From: Nitrospirales bacterium
GTDB taxonomy: Bacteria > Nitrospirota > Nitrospiria > Nitrospirales > UBA8639
Assembly: GCA_963422365.1 (NCBI GenBank)
Contig: OY729426.1
Span: 2,176,001-2,240,000, forward strand
Direction: 5' to 3'
Length of the DNA stretch: 64,000 nt
The first letter of the stretch is position 1; each line of letters starts with the position of its first letter. The notes beneath the pieces are model-generated. The model ran no database searches and was not told where the DNA came from. It saw nothing but the letters and a program-made list of their open reading frames with translations. Shown here one piece after another: positions 9,357 through 18,496 of this stretch. The translations under genes and the position numbers were made by a program.

Positions 9357-12300
9357 TCACACATTGCGGTCAGTGGCAGCACTGTTCACCACCCCCGCAG
9401 CAAGGCCGATCAGGATCCAGGCCAGACATCCCACGCTGAATATGTTTTGTAGCAGATGAATGTCGAACGTTTCGCATATAAGAACAGCGATAGTGCAGGC
9501 TGCGGCGTAGCAATGCACCGGGGTGACTTGCACGCCGGTGCGCACACGCAGGTTGAAAATCAGGGAAGCGCACAGGAGCGCGAGCGCGCCAAGGCCGAAA
9601 ACCCCTGTCTGTACCCCCACCTGCAAGTAGAGATTGTGGGCGGAAGCGGGAATGGTCTCGAAAGTCAAAGGGTCTACCGCGGCGTTGATGCGCTTGACAA
9701 CATCGCCAAGAGAGGCGAATCCGGGGTCCGGTGCCGCGCCGCACCCGGGAAGTCCATCGGGTCGGGCGCGGGGTTGGCCGCTACTTTGGCCGAGCGGCGG
9801 AAGGCAGCCGGTGAATTGGTTGCCGCGCAGGTGCAGGACCGAGAGCGCATCGAGCTCTGCCAGTTCCGGCGGGATGGCGTCGGTCAGATGGTTGTCCCCA
9901 AGCCACAGCTCCGAAAGGTTCGCGAGTTGGCCGAGCTCCGGCGGAACCGGGCCGGTCAGGGCGTTGGCATCCAGGCCGAGTTCGCGTAAGTTGGCGATCT
10001 GCCCCAGCTCCGGCGGGATGGGGCCGGTCAGATGGTTGTCCCCAAGCCACAGCTCCGAAAGGTTCGCGAGTTGGCCGAGCTCCGGCGGAACCGGGCCGGT
10101 CAGGGCGTTGGCATCCAGGCCGAGTTCGCGTAAGTTGGCGATCTGCCCCAGCTCCGGCGGGATGGGGCCGGTCAGATGGTTGTCCCCAAGCCACAGCTCC
10201 GAAAGGTTCGCGAGTTGGCCGAGCTCCGGCGGAACCGGGCCGGTCAGGGCGTTGGCATCCAGGCCGAGTTCGCGTAAGTTGGCGATCTGCCCCAGCTCCG
10301 GCGGGATGGGGCCGGTGAGCCGGTTGTCGTTGAGGCGCAGCCAGATGAGTTGGTCCAACTCCGCCAACGCCGCCGGCAGACGCCCATCGAGACCCATCCC
10401 GGACAAATCCAGACCGACCACCCGCTTCGTTTCCTGTGCAGCGGCTCCCCCTCGCGCTCCCCGACCGGCGGACCGCACCGGACTCACGGTGACGCCCTCC
10501 CAGGCAGAGATGGGCGTGGCATAGCTCCAGTTCAGGCTGGCGCTGCCGGCCAGGAGGTCGCGTATCTCCATCAAGGCGATAGCGTCTTCGCGCAAGCTGC
10601 GTTGGTTCGGGTGCGACGGATCGCAGAGCAGGTCGAGCTCCAGCTCGCGGTCCGCCAGATCATGCAATGCAAACGGAATGCAGCCGCTGAATTGGTTGCC
10701 GCCGAGCCGCAGCGCCGAGAGCCTGGTCAGCGCCCCCAGTTTCGGCGGAATAGCCCCGGTCAACCGATTGGCCCGCATGGACATCTCCTCCAGGTTCGCT
10801 AGGCTTCCCAGCTCCGAAGGGATAGCACCGCTCAATGCATTGTCGTCAAGCGCCAGCACCCGCAACTTGCTCAGCCGCCCCAGCTCGGACGGAATGGGCC
10901 CGGTCAGGGCATTATCGCTGAGGTGCAGCCAGACCAGGCTCTGCAGTTGCCCCAGCTCCGGCGGGATGGCGCCGGTCAACCCAGCCCCCGAGAGATCCAG
11001 CGCGAACACGCGCGGCGGTTCGCCGCCCACCGCGACGCCCTGCCAGGCATTGACGGGCGTGGCGTGGCTCCAGTTCAACACGCCACCACCATCCAGCAAC
11101 TCTTCTGCGGCCAGCAAGGCGGTGCAATCGCCGGCCAGGTTGTCCGCCTGCGCGGGCAGGCCGCCATCCATGCCCTCGGACGGGCAGAACAGATCGGGGC
11201 CGATGCGCCGCACGGTCGCGTCGGCAACGGCGTCGCCGCCAGGACGTGGAGCCGAAGGCGCTGCCGATGCTGCCGACGCCCGTGGCGTGTCGATGCCATT
11301 TCCGACAAGCCGCATTTCCTCCAGGTTCGGCAGCTTCGCCAGTGCGGGAGGAACCGGGCCGCTCAAGGCGTTGAAATCGAGCGCCAGCGTCCGCAGTTTC
11401 GCCAGTCCCGCCAGTTCCCGGGGAATCGGTCCGGTGAGCCGGTTGCGGCGCAGGTGCAGTAAGGCCAGTTGCTCCAGATCGCCGAGCTGCGGCGGAATAG
11501 GACCGCTCAGGGCGTTGGAACCAAGCACAAGCTCGCGCAAGTGGGTCAGCCGCCCCAACTCCGGCGGGATGGCGCCGGTGAGCCGATTGCGGTGGAGGCG
11601 CAGCACTGCAAGCCGGTCCAACTCCGAGAGGGCCGGGGGAATGCGGCCGCTCAGTCCCTTCTCCCGCAGAGTCAGCCCCGTCACCCGCGCCGGCGCACCG
11701 TCCAGCACCACGCCTTCCCAATATTCAAGGGGCGTCGAGTCGTCCCAATTCAAGGAGGCGGCGCCGGCCAGAACGTCCCGTGCGGACAGCAGAATCGCAC
11801 GGTCGGCAAGCAGGCCGGGGTTGCTCTGGAGGTATGTCGGGCTGGACAGGTCGGGGTCATGCCTGCCTGTCAGTGCAGGCGCAGCAGACTCCGGATCGAC
11901 ATCGTCACGTCTGGAGTCTTCCGGCGCCGCGTCGACGAAATCGTTATGCGATAGTTTGATGGACTCCAGTTTCTCAAGCCTTCTCAACGTCGGCAGGATG
12001 GAACCGGACAGGCGATTGAACTGGAGATTTAGCCACTTGAGGTTCTGCAGATGGCCCAATTCCGCTGGAATCGACCCGGTCAAACGGTTCGAGGCCAGGC
12101 TCAAGCCGCGCAGGCTGCGCAGATTACCCAACTCGGGTGGGATGGGACCGGTGAGCTGGTTGTCGTACAGATGCAGCAGGGTCAGGCTTTCCAGGTCGCC
12201 AAGCTGCGGCGGAATGGCGCCGGTGAGGGCATTGTCGCCGAGCAGAAGCTCCTGCAATTCAGCGAGACTCCCCAGTCCTGGCGGGATAGCGCCGGTGAGC

Positions 12301-15300
12301 CGGTTGCCGACAAGGCGCAGCGCCACAAGCCGGTCCAGCTCCGAAAGGACCGGAGGAACGATGCCGGTCAGCGCCATCGACGGCAAATTCAGCTCGACCA
12401 CACGAGCCGGCGCGCCGTCCAGCACCACGCCCTGCCAGAATTCGATGGGGATCGCGTCGCTCCAACCCAGCGTCGCTTCGCCCGCCAGAACGTCCCGTGC
12501 GGTCAGCAACACGGCGCAATCGTGGACCAGGCCGGGATCACTCCGGGGCGCCGCGCGGCGGCAGTGCCGATCGCGGTCGAGATCATGGGCCGCGACATGG
12601 CGTAGCGCGGACGGCGCGGCGCCCGTGAAATCATTGCCGGCAAGTCGCAGCGAGGACAGATTGCCCAGCATTGCCAATTCGGACGGGATATCGCCGCTCA
12701 ATTCGTTGCCGTTCAGCCACAGCTCTTTCAGATACGCAAGCTTTCCCAGTTGCGGCGGAATCGAGCCGGTGAGCCGGTTGCCGGCGAGGCGCAACGACAT
12801 AAGTTGATCCAGCCCGTCGAGCGCGGGTGGGATCCGGCCGCTCAGCCCGAGCCCCGTCAAATCCAGCTCAACCACTCGTGCGTCTCCGGCTGCCTCGCCT
12901 ATTATCACGCCAGGCCACGCACTGATGGGCCGAGAGCGTTTCCAGTCGAGCGCGGCATTGCCGGCCAGAACACCCCGCACGGCCAGCAGGGTGTTGCAGT
13001 CGCTGAGCAGTCCTCCATCGATGCCCAACCCCGACAGGCAGAGCAGATCCCGGGCAAAATCGTGGTCCGCCACCTCGTACAGTCCTTGCGGCACAGCACC
13101 GGAAAAGTCGTTGCCGGCGAGGCGCAGCACCCGCAGGTTACGCAGCCGTCCCAGCTCGGGCGGAATCGGGCCGGTCAGAGCATTGTTGCTCAGCCTCAGC
13201 AGTTCCAGCCTGTTCAGGTGCCCCAACTCCGGTGGCAGGGTGCCGCGCAAGTCCTTTTTCGGCAAATCCAACCCGATCACGCGAGCCGGCGCGCCACCTA
13301 CCTTCACGCCCTGCCACGCCCCGATGGGCCGGGTTCGTTTCCAGTTGAGCGTGGCGTCGCCCGCCAGAACGTCCCGCGCTTCCAGCAGCGCGGTGCAATC
13401 TTCGAGCAGGCCGTTGCCGATACCCGGCGATGGGAATCCTGCCTTGCCGGCAGGCAGGCAGAACAGATCAAGACCCCAATCGTGCTCGCCGACATGGTCG
13501 AGCGTCGGCGGCAAGCCGCCAGCAAGATCGTTTCCGGCAAGTCGCAGAATCGACAGACCGAACGGCCGACCGAGTTCCGGCGGAATGCTGCCGCTCAGCC
13601 GGTTGTTTGCGAGCCGTAACTCCCTCAGGCGCATGAGTTCCCCCAGTTCCGGCGGAATGGAACCGGTGAGCCGGTTGTCGCCAAGGCGTAGCGACACGAG
13701 CCCGTCCAGCGCGCCGAGCGCGGGCGGGAGCCGCCCGCTCAGCCCGAGCCCCGTCAAGTCCAGCCCGACTACTCGTATGCCCCCTGGAGCCTCGCCGACT
13801 GCCACGCCCTGCCATGCCGCGATGGGCCTGGCGCGTTTCCAGTCAAGCGCGGCGTTCCCGGCCAGGGCGTCCCGCGCAGCCAGCAGGGTCTCGCAGTCGG
13901 CGAGCAGACCCTTGCTGAGTCGCGGTAACGGCAGGCAGAACAGGTCCCGGTCGAGGTCATGGTCCGCCGTATCGTGCAGCGCCGCCGGCACGGTGCCGGT
14001 GAAGTCGTTGCCGGCAAGACGTAGCAGCGACAGGTTGGTTAGATTCGCCAGTTCTAACGGTACTTCGCCGCTCAGCCGGTTGCCGCGTAACCACAGATCC
14101 TCAAGGTTTTCGAGCGCTCCGAGTTGCGGTGGGACGGGGCCGCTCAAGGCATTGTCGTCGAGCGCCAGCACCCGCAAGTTGCTCAGCCGCCCCAACTCGG
14201 ACGGGATGGGGCCGGTCAGGGCGTTGTTGCTCAGCCTCAGCAACTCTAGCTTGTCCAGCCGCCCCAACTCCGGCGGAACGACGCCGGCCAATCCCCGTTT
14301 CGACAGATCCAGCGCGACCACCCGCGGCGGCGCGCCACCTACCTTCACACCCCGCCAATCGCGGAGAAGCCTGGAAGGCTTCCACCTCCCAAGAGCTCTG
14401 AAGCCACCGTCCAGGGCATTCCGCGCCTCCAGCAGCGCGGCGCAGTCTTCGAGAAGACCCGGGTTCCAATGGTCCATGCAGGAAGGATCGAGGTCCGACG
14501 GTCTCGCGGCAGGAAGTGCATCCCCCGCCTTGCCGGTCGGCAGCTCGCCCGTCAGGCGTGTGAGCACAGCGCCAGGACCATGGCCAAGCCAGGGGGACTC
14601 CGAGATGGCGACCAGCGAGTACCGCCACAGCACCTCACGACCGGTCAGGAGACTGCCTCCTGTGAAATCTCTGACGGAATCGCCGAAAATCGCTTCTACT
14701 GCATCGGACAACGAAGTGCCCAACAGCACGATTGGTGCGCCGATGAGCAAACCGGCGGTCGCCACCAATACGCCGGTGCGTAACCGGTTTCGCAGGAAAA
14801 AGTACCCGCTCCAGTACAACGGATAGGCCAGCAACGCGGCAAGCACTAGCGATCGGTATCCGAAGATGATGGCAATCAACGCAACCAACAGGAACAGGCT
14901 GTGCGCCCACCAATGCTGACTCTTTCGGTTGTCGGAGCGGGCGATGACGATGAGCCCGACGGTCAGCAGCAAGTAGCTCAGAAGGATGGCGATGCCGTGC
15001 GGGTTGAACTCGGTCGGTAGCAGGTACAGCGGAAACAGTGCCGAGGCTGCTGTCAGCAAGAGGGGGATAACGTACTTGGCCCGAATCAATGTCGGAGCAT
15101 TGCGCCAGCAGAACAGAAAGATGACGCCGGCGAACAGAATCGCGACAAGATTGCTGGCGCCCTGGAGGCTGAACTCCACGAGCAGGCCGGCCGCGTAGAC
15201 CGTCATCAGCGCGGCGAAGCAGAGGACGGTCGTCCGCGCGGAGGCCGGAAATGGCTCCCTGAACAGCGAGAGCGCGAGGAACAACAGGGTCACGCCGAAG

Positions 15301-15512
15301 ATCCCGTCGGCGATCGGGCCGGGAGCGTAGATGCGCAGCAAGTTCGCCGCCAACAATAAAGCCAGCAGCACCAAGCTGTCGCCGGGGAAGGACAGACGCC
15401 TGGCGATCACGCCGAGTACGGACGCGCCGCCGATCAGCGCACGTCGAATCCGTGCGACGTAACGATGCCCGGCAATCCGGTGGGACATGTCCGCAACGCC
15501 GGACCGCTTCAC
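9357..15512 (-). CDS. Giant Wzy/O-antigen-ligase-family membrane protein with an inserted array of 8 capped plant-type LRR modules
   Basis: Uninterrupted 2051-aa ORF. The TM-rich N-terminus ends in 'TGREVLW...SPWLGHGPG' (~aa 314). Then come ~1640 aa of 24-aa LxxLxxLxLxxNxLxGxIPxxLG repeats, followed by 'SAHNLYLQVGVQTGVFGL' and TM helices. Confidence 0.9.
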   Translation of the reverse strand: MKRSGVADMSHRIAGHRYVARIRRALIGGASVLGVIARRLSFPGDSLVLLALLLAANLLRIYAPGPIADGIFGVTLLFLALSLFREPFPASARTTVLCFAALMTVYAAGLLVEFSLQGASNLVAILFAGVIFLFCWRNAPTLIRAKYVIPLLLTAASALFPLYLLPTEFNPHGIAILLSYLLLTVGLIVIARSDNRKSQHWWAHSLFLLVALIAIIFGYRSLVLAALLAYPLYWSGYFFLRNRLRTGVLVATAGLLIGAPIVLLGTSLSDAVEAIFGDSVRDFTGGSLLTGREVLWRYSLVAISESPWLGHGPGAVLTRLTGELPTGKAGDALPAARPSDLDPSCMDHWNPGLLEDCAALLEARNALDGGFRALGRWKPSRLLRDWRGVKVGGAPPRVVALDLSKRGLAGVVPPELGRLDKLELLRLSNNALTGPIPSELGRLSNLRVLALDDNALSGPVPPQLGALENLEDLWLRGNRLSGEVPLELANLTNLSLLRLAGNDFTGTVPAALHDTADHDLDRDLFCLPLPRLSKGLLADCETLLAARDALAGNAALDWKRARPIAAWQGVAVGEAPGGIRVVGLDLTGLGLSGRLPPALGALDGLVSLRLGDNRLTGSIPPELGELMRLRELRLANNRLSGSIPPELGRPFGLSILRLAGNDLAGGLPPTLDHVGEHDWGLDLFCLPAGKAGFPSPGIGNGLLEDCTALLEARDVLAGDATLNWKRTRPIGAWQGVKVGGAPARVIGLDLPKKDLRGTLPPELGHLNRLELLRLSNNALTGPIPPELGRLRNLRVLRLAGNDFSGAVPQGLYEVADHDFARDLLCLSGLGIDGGLLSDCNTLLAVRGVLAGNAALDWKRSRPISAWPGVIIGEAAGDARVVELDLTGLGLSGRIPPALDGLDQLMSLRLAGNRLTGSIPPQLGKLAYLKELWLNGNELSGDIPSELAMLGNLSSLRLAGNDFTGAAPSALRHVAAHDLDRDRHCRRAAPRSDPGLVHDCAVLLTARDVLAGEATLGWSDAIPIEFWQGVVLDGAPARVVELNLPSMALTGIVPPVLSELDRLVALRLVGNRLTGAIPPGLGSLAELQELLLGDNALTGAIPPQLGDLESLTLLHLYDNQLTGPIPPELGNLRSLRGLSLASNRLTGSIPAELGHLQNLKWLNLQFNRLSGSILPTLRRLEKLESIKLSHNDFVDAAPEDSRRDDVDPESAAPALTGRHDPDLSSPTYLQSNPGLLADRAILLSARDVLAGAASLNWDDSTPLEYWEGVVLDGAPARVTGLTLREKGLSGRIPPALSELDRLAVLRLHRNRLTGAIPPELGRLTHLRELVLGSNALSGPIPPQLGDLEQLALLHLRRNRLTGPIPRELAGLAKLRTLALDFNALSGPVPPALAKLPNLEEMRLVGNGIDTPRASAASAAPSAPRPGGDAVADATVRRIGPDLFCPSEGMDGGLPAQADNLAGDCTALLAAEELLDGGGVLNWSHATPVNAWQGVAVGGEPPRVFALDLSGAGLTGAIPPELGQLQSLVWLHLSDNALTGPIPSELGRLSKLRVLALDDNALSGAIPSELGSLANLEEMSMRANRLTGAIPPKLGALTRLSALRLGGNQFSGCIPFALHDLADRELELDLLCDPSHPNQRSLREDAIALMEIRDLLAGSASLNWSYATPISAWEGVTVSPVRSAGRGARGGAAAQETKRVVGLDLSGMGLDGRLPAALAELDQLIWLRLNDNRLTGPIPPELGQIANLRELGLDANALTGPVPPELGQLANLSELWLGDNHLTGPIPPELGQIANLRELGLDANALTGPVPPELGQLANLSELWLGDNHLTGPIPPELGQIANLRELGLDANALTGPVPPELGQLANLSELWLGDNHLTDAIPPELAELDALSVLHLRGNQFTGCLPPLGQSSGQPRARPDGLPGCGAAPDPGFASLGDVVKRINAAVDPLTFETIPASAHNLYLQVGVQTGVFGLGALALLCASLIFNLRVRTGVQVTPVHCYAAACTIAVLICETFDIHLLQNIFSVGCLAWILIGLAAGVVNSAATDRNV
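9881..10316. repeat. Perfect tandem repeat, 3 x 144 bp (two LRR units per copy), inside the LRR array
   Basis: Identical units begin with CGGTCAGATGGTTGTCCCC at 9881, 10025 and 10169. Confidence 0.95.
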
Positions 15513-16657
15513 TCGGAACCTCTCACGATGTCCTTGATCGCATCCCGCAGGATGATGTCTTCATTCCCCAGCGTGTACTCATCAGGCGGCAGCGCCGCCA
15601 TATTGGCCCGCCAACGATCCCAGATCGCGGCCTCGATACTGCGTATCTCCGCCGCCGCCGCTTCAATCTCGGACGACGCGATGGTCAGTCCGATGTCGAA
15701 CCGACGCACCTGATCGGCATCCCCGCAGCCAGCCCGAACGATGATCGGCCTCTGGAAGAGGCAGGCATCATAGTACCTGTTCGTCCGCTTCCAGCCGTGT
15801 GGTTCCCCTGGCGGATAGCAGACCAGGGCCATGTCGACGCGGCCATAGAGTACCGGCAGATCCGTCGGATGGTCGTAGGGGCCGAGAATCTCGCTGTTGG
15901 GCATTTCTCCCTGTATTTCCGAGAGTTTCCGGCAGGGCGCCGATTGCGGCCCGGCGAGAACTGCGGAGAACCGGTCGGTCGTGCGCATCAACGAGTCGAG
16001 AACGCGCAGCGACCATTCATCTCTCAGGTAGCCGAACCAGCCAATGCGCAGCGGCCGGTCCACCAGCGGTCGGCCCTTCGGGGGATACGCGCACTTGGCG
16101 CGGACGACCGCCGCAAACCGTCCATCGACCTTGTTTTCGATGATCACACTCGGCGTCTCTAGCTTCAGCCGGTTGCGGTAGTAGTCGGAGTAGCCGTCGG
16201 TCGTCAGCACCAGCAGCCGGCAGGCGCGAGTCGTCAGCTTGTCAATCGCTCGAACCGTGCGCCCGAGCAGGCCGGCGGCGACCTGAATCTCCCGGATGTC
16301 CGCCGCCTCGACGACAACGGGCACTTTCAGCCTGGGTCCGGAGAGCAAGGCCAGGAGAGCCATATCGGCATTGAACGCATAGACGACGTCATTGCGGCGC
16401 ATGGCAGCTCTGACCTTGGGTACGGCCAACATCAATTTTCTGATTCGGGCGCCGTAGCGCCCGTTCGAAATGTCCCCTAGTTCCACGAACGGGCAGTCTG
16501 GCCGGCGGCCGAGATAATGGCTGCGTTCGAAACCCAAAGCTTCGACCCGAAAGCCCACCTGCCGCAACATGTCGACGCGCTTGGAAATCCTGGCATCGGT
16601 TCCTATCGGCAGGATGCAAAGCACTCGAATTGTCATGACCCGCAATCTGCCAGGCAA
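15509..16657 (-). CDS. ExoL-like GT-B glycosyltransferase
   Basis: 'DARISKRVDML..GFRVEALGFER', 'LRIGWFGYLR', 'GPYDHPTDLPVLYGRVD' and 'NRYYDA' resemble the succinoglycan ExoL family. Its stop overlaps the start of the LRR-Wzy gene. Confidence 0.7.
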   Translation of the reverse strand: MPGRLRVMTIRVLCILPIGTDARISKRVDMLRQVGFRVEALGFERSHYLGRRPDCPFVELGDISNGRYGARIRKLMLAVPKVRAAMRRNDVVYAFNADMALLALLSGPRLKVPVVVEAADIREIQVAAGLLGRTVRAIDKLTTRACRLLVLTTDGYSDYYRNRLKLETPSVIIENKVDGRFAAVVRAKCAYPPKGRPLVDRPLRIGWFGYLRDEWSLRVLDSLMRTTDRFSAVLAGPQSAPCRKLSEIQGEMPNSEILGPYDHPTDLPVLYGRVDMALVCYPPGEPHGWKRTNRYYDACLFQRPIIVRAGCGDADQVRRFDIGLTIASSEIEAAAAEIRSIEAAIWDRWRANMAALPPDEYTLGNEDIILRDAIKDIVRGSE

Positions 16658-16659
16658 TT

Positions 16660-17036
16660 CATCCTTGTCCTTCTGCCTACCTTCGCCCGGTTCTGTCCCG
16701 GGGCGGAAGGAAGAAGCCGGCGCTCCAGCGAATGGCGTAGGTGCTGTCCAACGTGCTGACGAGAAAGGAGCTTCATCCGGATTGGTCTAGGCCGGCATAT
16801 ATTATGATGGGCATATTAAGATATGGCCCCATTCCGACTTCCATGACCGTTGCGCCCGCGGGGCGGCGTCCATGTGCTCGTATCGCGTCGGCCAAATCCA
16901 CACAGAGATTGATATGGTGTTTGGGCGTATTACGAGAGCTAAAAAGCCGCTGGGCGTATCTGTAGCACTTACGGCCCAACGGTTCGGCAGGGCGGCGAAT
17001 GCGTTCTGCAATCTTGCCTTGGTTTGCCATTTCATG
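16660..17036 (-). pseudogene. Remnant of a class I SAM methyltransferase
   Basis: MKWQTKARLQNAFAALP (frameshift) EPLGRKCYRYAQRLF...GATVMEVGMGPYLNMP, then truncated. Confidence 0.55.
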
Positions 17037-18444
17037 ATCCGATCCCATTCCTTACAGTTTTCCACAGGTATGCGAAATCAGCGCGGCGCGGCAGCCAGAT
17101 GGCGCACAAGGTCGCGCCGGTCCGCCAGTGGAACATCATGGCGAGGTAAGCGGTGCGGACAATCAGCCCGATGGTCATGGCCCAGGCGGCGGCTTCGATG
17201 CCGAGCGCCGGATGCAGCGCCAGAAACGAGGCGATATTGGCGATCAAGCCGAACCACACGGCCCAGGAACAGACTCCCGGCCGGTTCACGCCGCTGAAGT
17301 AGGTAATGAACATGCCGCCCCCGGCGTAGGCGAGGATCCCGGGCGCCAGAATCCACAGCAGCGGCACCGCCGGCAGGAAGGCCTCGGAAAGCAGAACCCG
17401 CACCAGCGGCGTGCTGATGGCCAGCAGCACCGCCAGCGCACCGCCGGTCGCCAAGCAGACCAGGCGCAGATTGAGCCCGACCAGCTTTTCGGGCTGCTTG
17501 ATCGCGCCGCTTGCCACGCGCGGGTACAGGACGATTCCGACCGCGCTGGAAATCAGGCCGAGGCGGAGCATGAGCATACTGGCAGCAGCGAACAGCCCGA
17601 TGTCGGCGCGGCCGGCCAGCATGCCCAGAGCGAATACGCCGACATGCGGTTCAGCCTCGTTTCCCACCCGCATGACGTGGTACCGCAAGCCATAGCCGAG
17701 CACCCGGCGACACCCTGACAGGGACGGCAGCTCGAACGCCAGCCCGCAATGCTTGCGCAGGTCACAAAGGCAGGCGGCAGTCATGAACACATGACCGGCG
17801 ATCAAGGCCATGAGGGCCCCGTCCACCCCGAGCTCCAGATGCCACACCAGAGCCACAGTTGCCAGCACCACGACCAGGGATTGGGCCGGCAGGAAAACTG
17901 CGAGCGGTCCGAAGCGCCGCAGCCCGGCGAGCTGCAACTCCACCGCGACCGACATCGAGATGAGCGGCACCAGCGCCAGGGACAGATGAAAGGAGTGGGC
18001 GGGCGCTTGCCGGAAAAAAGCCAGACTGCCGTGGATGAGCGGCAGCGCTACCGCCACCGCCACGGCGCTGCCGACGAGACAGGCGGCCAGGGCCAGGAAC
18101 AGGCTTTGTGACAGGCTGATCTGCCTGGCAACGGCGTAGTACTGGGCGCCGCGGTCGATGCTGAAGGTGAAGACCACGCTCAGCAGAAACGCAAACGTGA
18201 CGCAGACCGCGTAGGCGCCTCGACCTTCGGGCAGCAGGAGGTAGGCCAGCAGGCTCTGGGTCAGGATGCTGACCGCGTACACCCCGGCCCGGGACGTGAA
18301 GGTGACGGCGACTTCCTGCCCGCCGGCCATGTTCACACTGCGTGCGGCAGCGGTCCGGTCGATCATGGTATCATCGCGATCCGGTCTCTCGCGGCAGGCG
18401 CTGCTCACGAATTTCGCCACGTCCGGTTCTCCTCCGACAAGCAT
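17032..18444 (-). CDS. Wzx-type oligosaccharide flippase
   Basis: About 12-14 hydrophobic segments; 'LAYLLLPEGRGAYAV', 'IGLFAAAS' and 'HPALGIEAAAWAM' motifs. The start may be a downstream ATG. Confidence 0.85.
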   Translation of the reverse strand: MLVGGEPDVAKFVSSACRERPDRDDTMIDRTAAARSVNMAGGQEVAVTFTSRAGVYAVSILTQSLLAYLLLPEGRGAYAVCVTFAFLLSVVFTFSIDRGAQYYAVARQISLSQSLFLALAACLVGSAVAVAVALPLIHGSLAFFRQAPAHSFHLSLALVPLISMSVAVELQLAGLRRFGPLAVFLPAQSLVVVLATVALVWHLELGVDGALMALIAGHVFMTAACLCDLRKHCGLAFELPSLSGCRRVLGYGLRYHVMRVGNEAEPHVGVFALGMLAGRADIGLFAAASMLMLRLGLISSAVGIVLYPRVASGAIKQPEKLVGLNLRLVCLATGGALAVLLAISTPLVRVLLSEAFLPAVPLLWILAPGILAYAGGGMFITYFSGVNRPGVCSWAVWFGLIANIASFLALHPALGIEAAAWAMTIGLIVRTAYLAMMFHWRTGATLCAIWLPRRADFAYLWKTVRNGIGS

Positions 18445-18496
18445 AACTTCATCCCTTACTGACCTCGATCGGAAGCGACGACTGTCCCAGGCTGCC

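Noticed and set aside
9881..10316. Regular repeats considered as a possible CRISPR array
   Set aside because: The units are contiguous and identical with no spacers, are in-frame coding LRRs, and no cas genes are present.
9634..14826. Long plus-strand ORFs (9634-10524, 10678-12807, 12925-14826)
   Set aside because: Antisense shadows of the GC-rich repetitive LRR gene. They are Ser/Pro/Arg-rich, mirror its periodicity and show no independent motifs.
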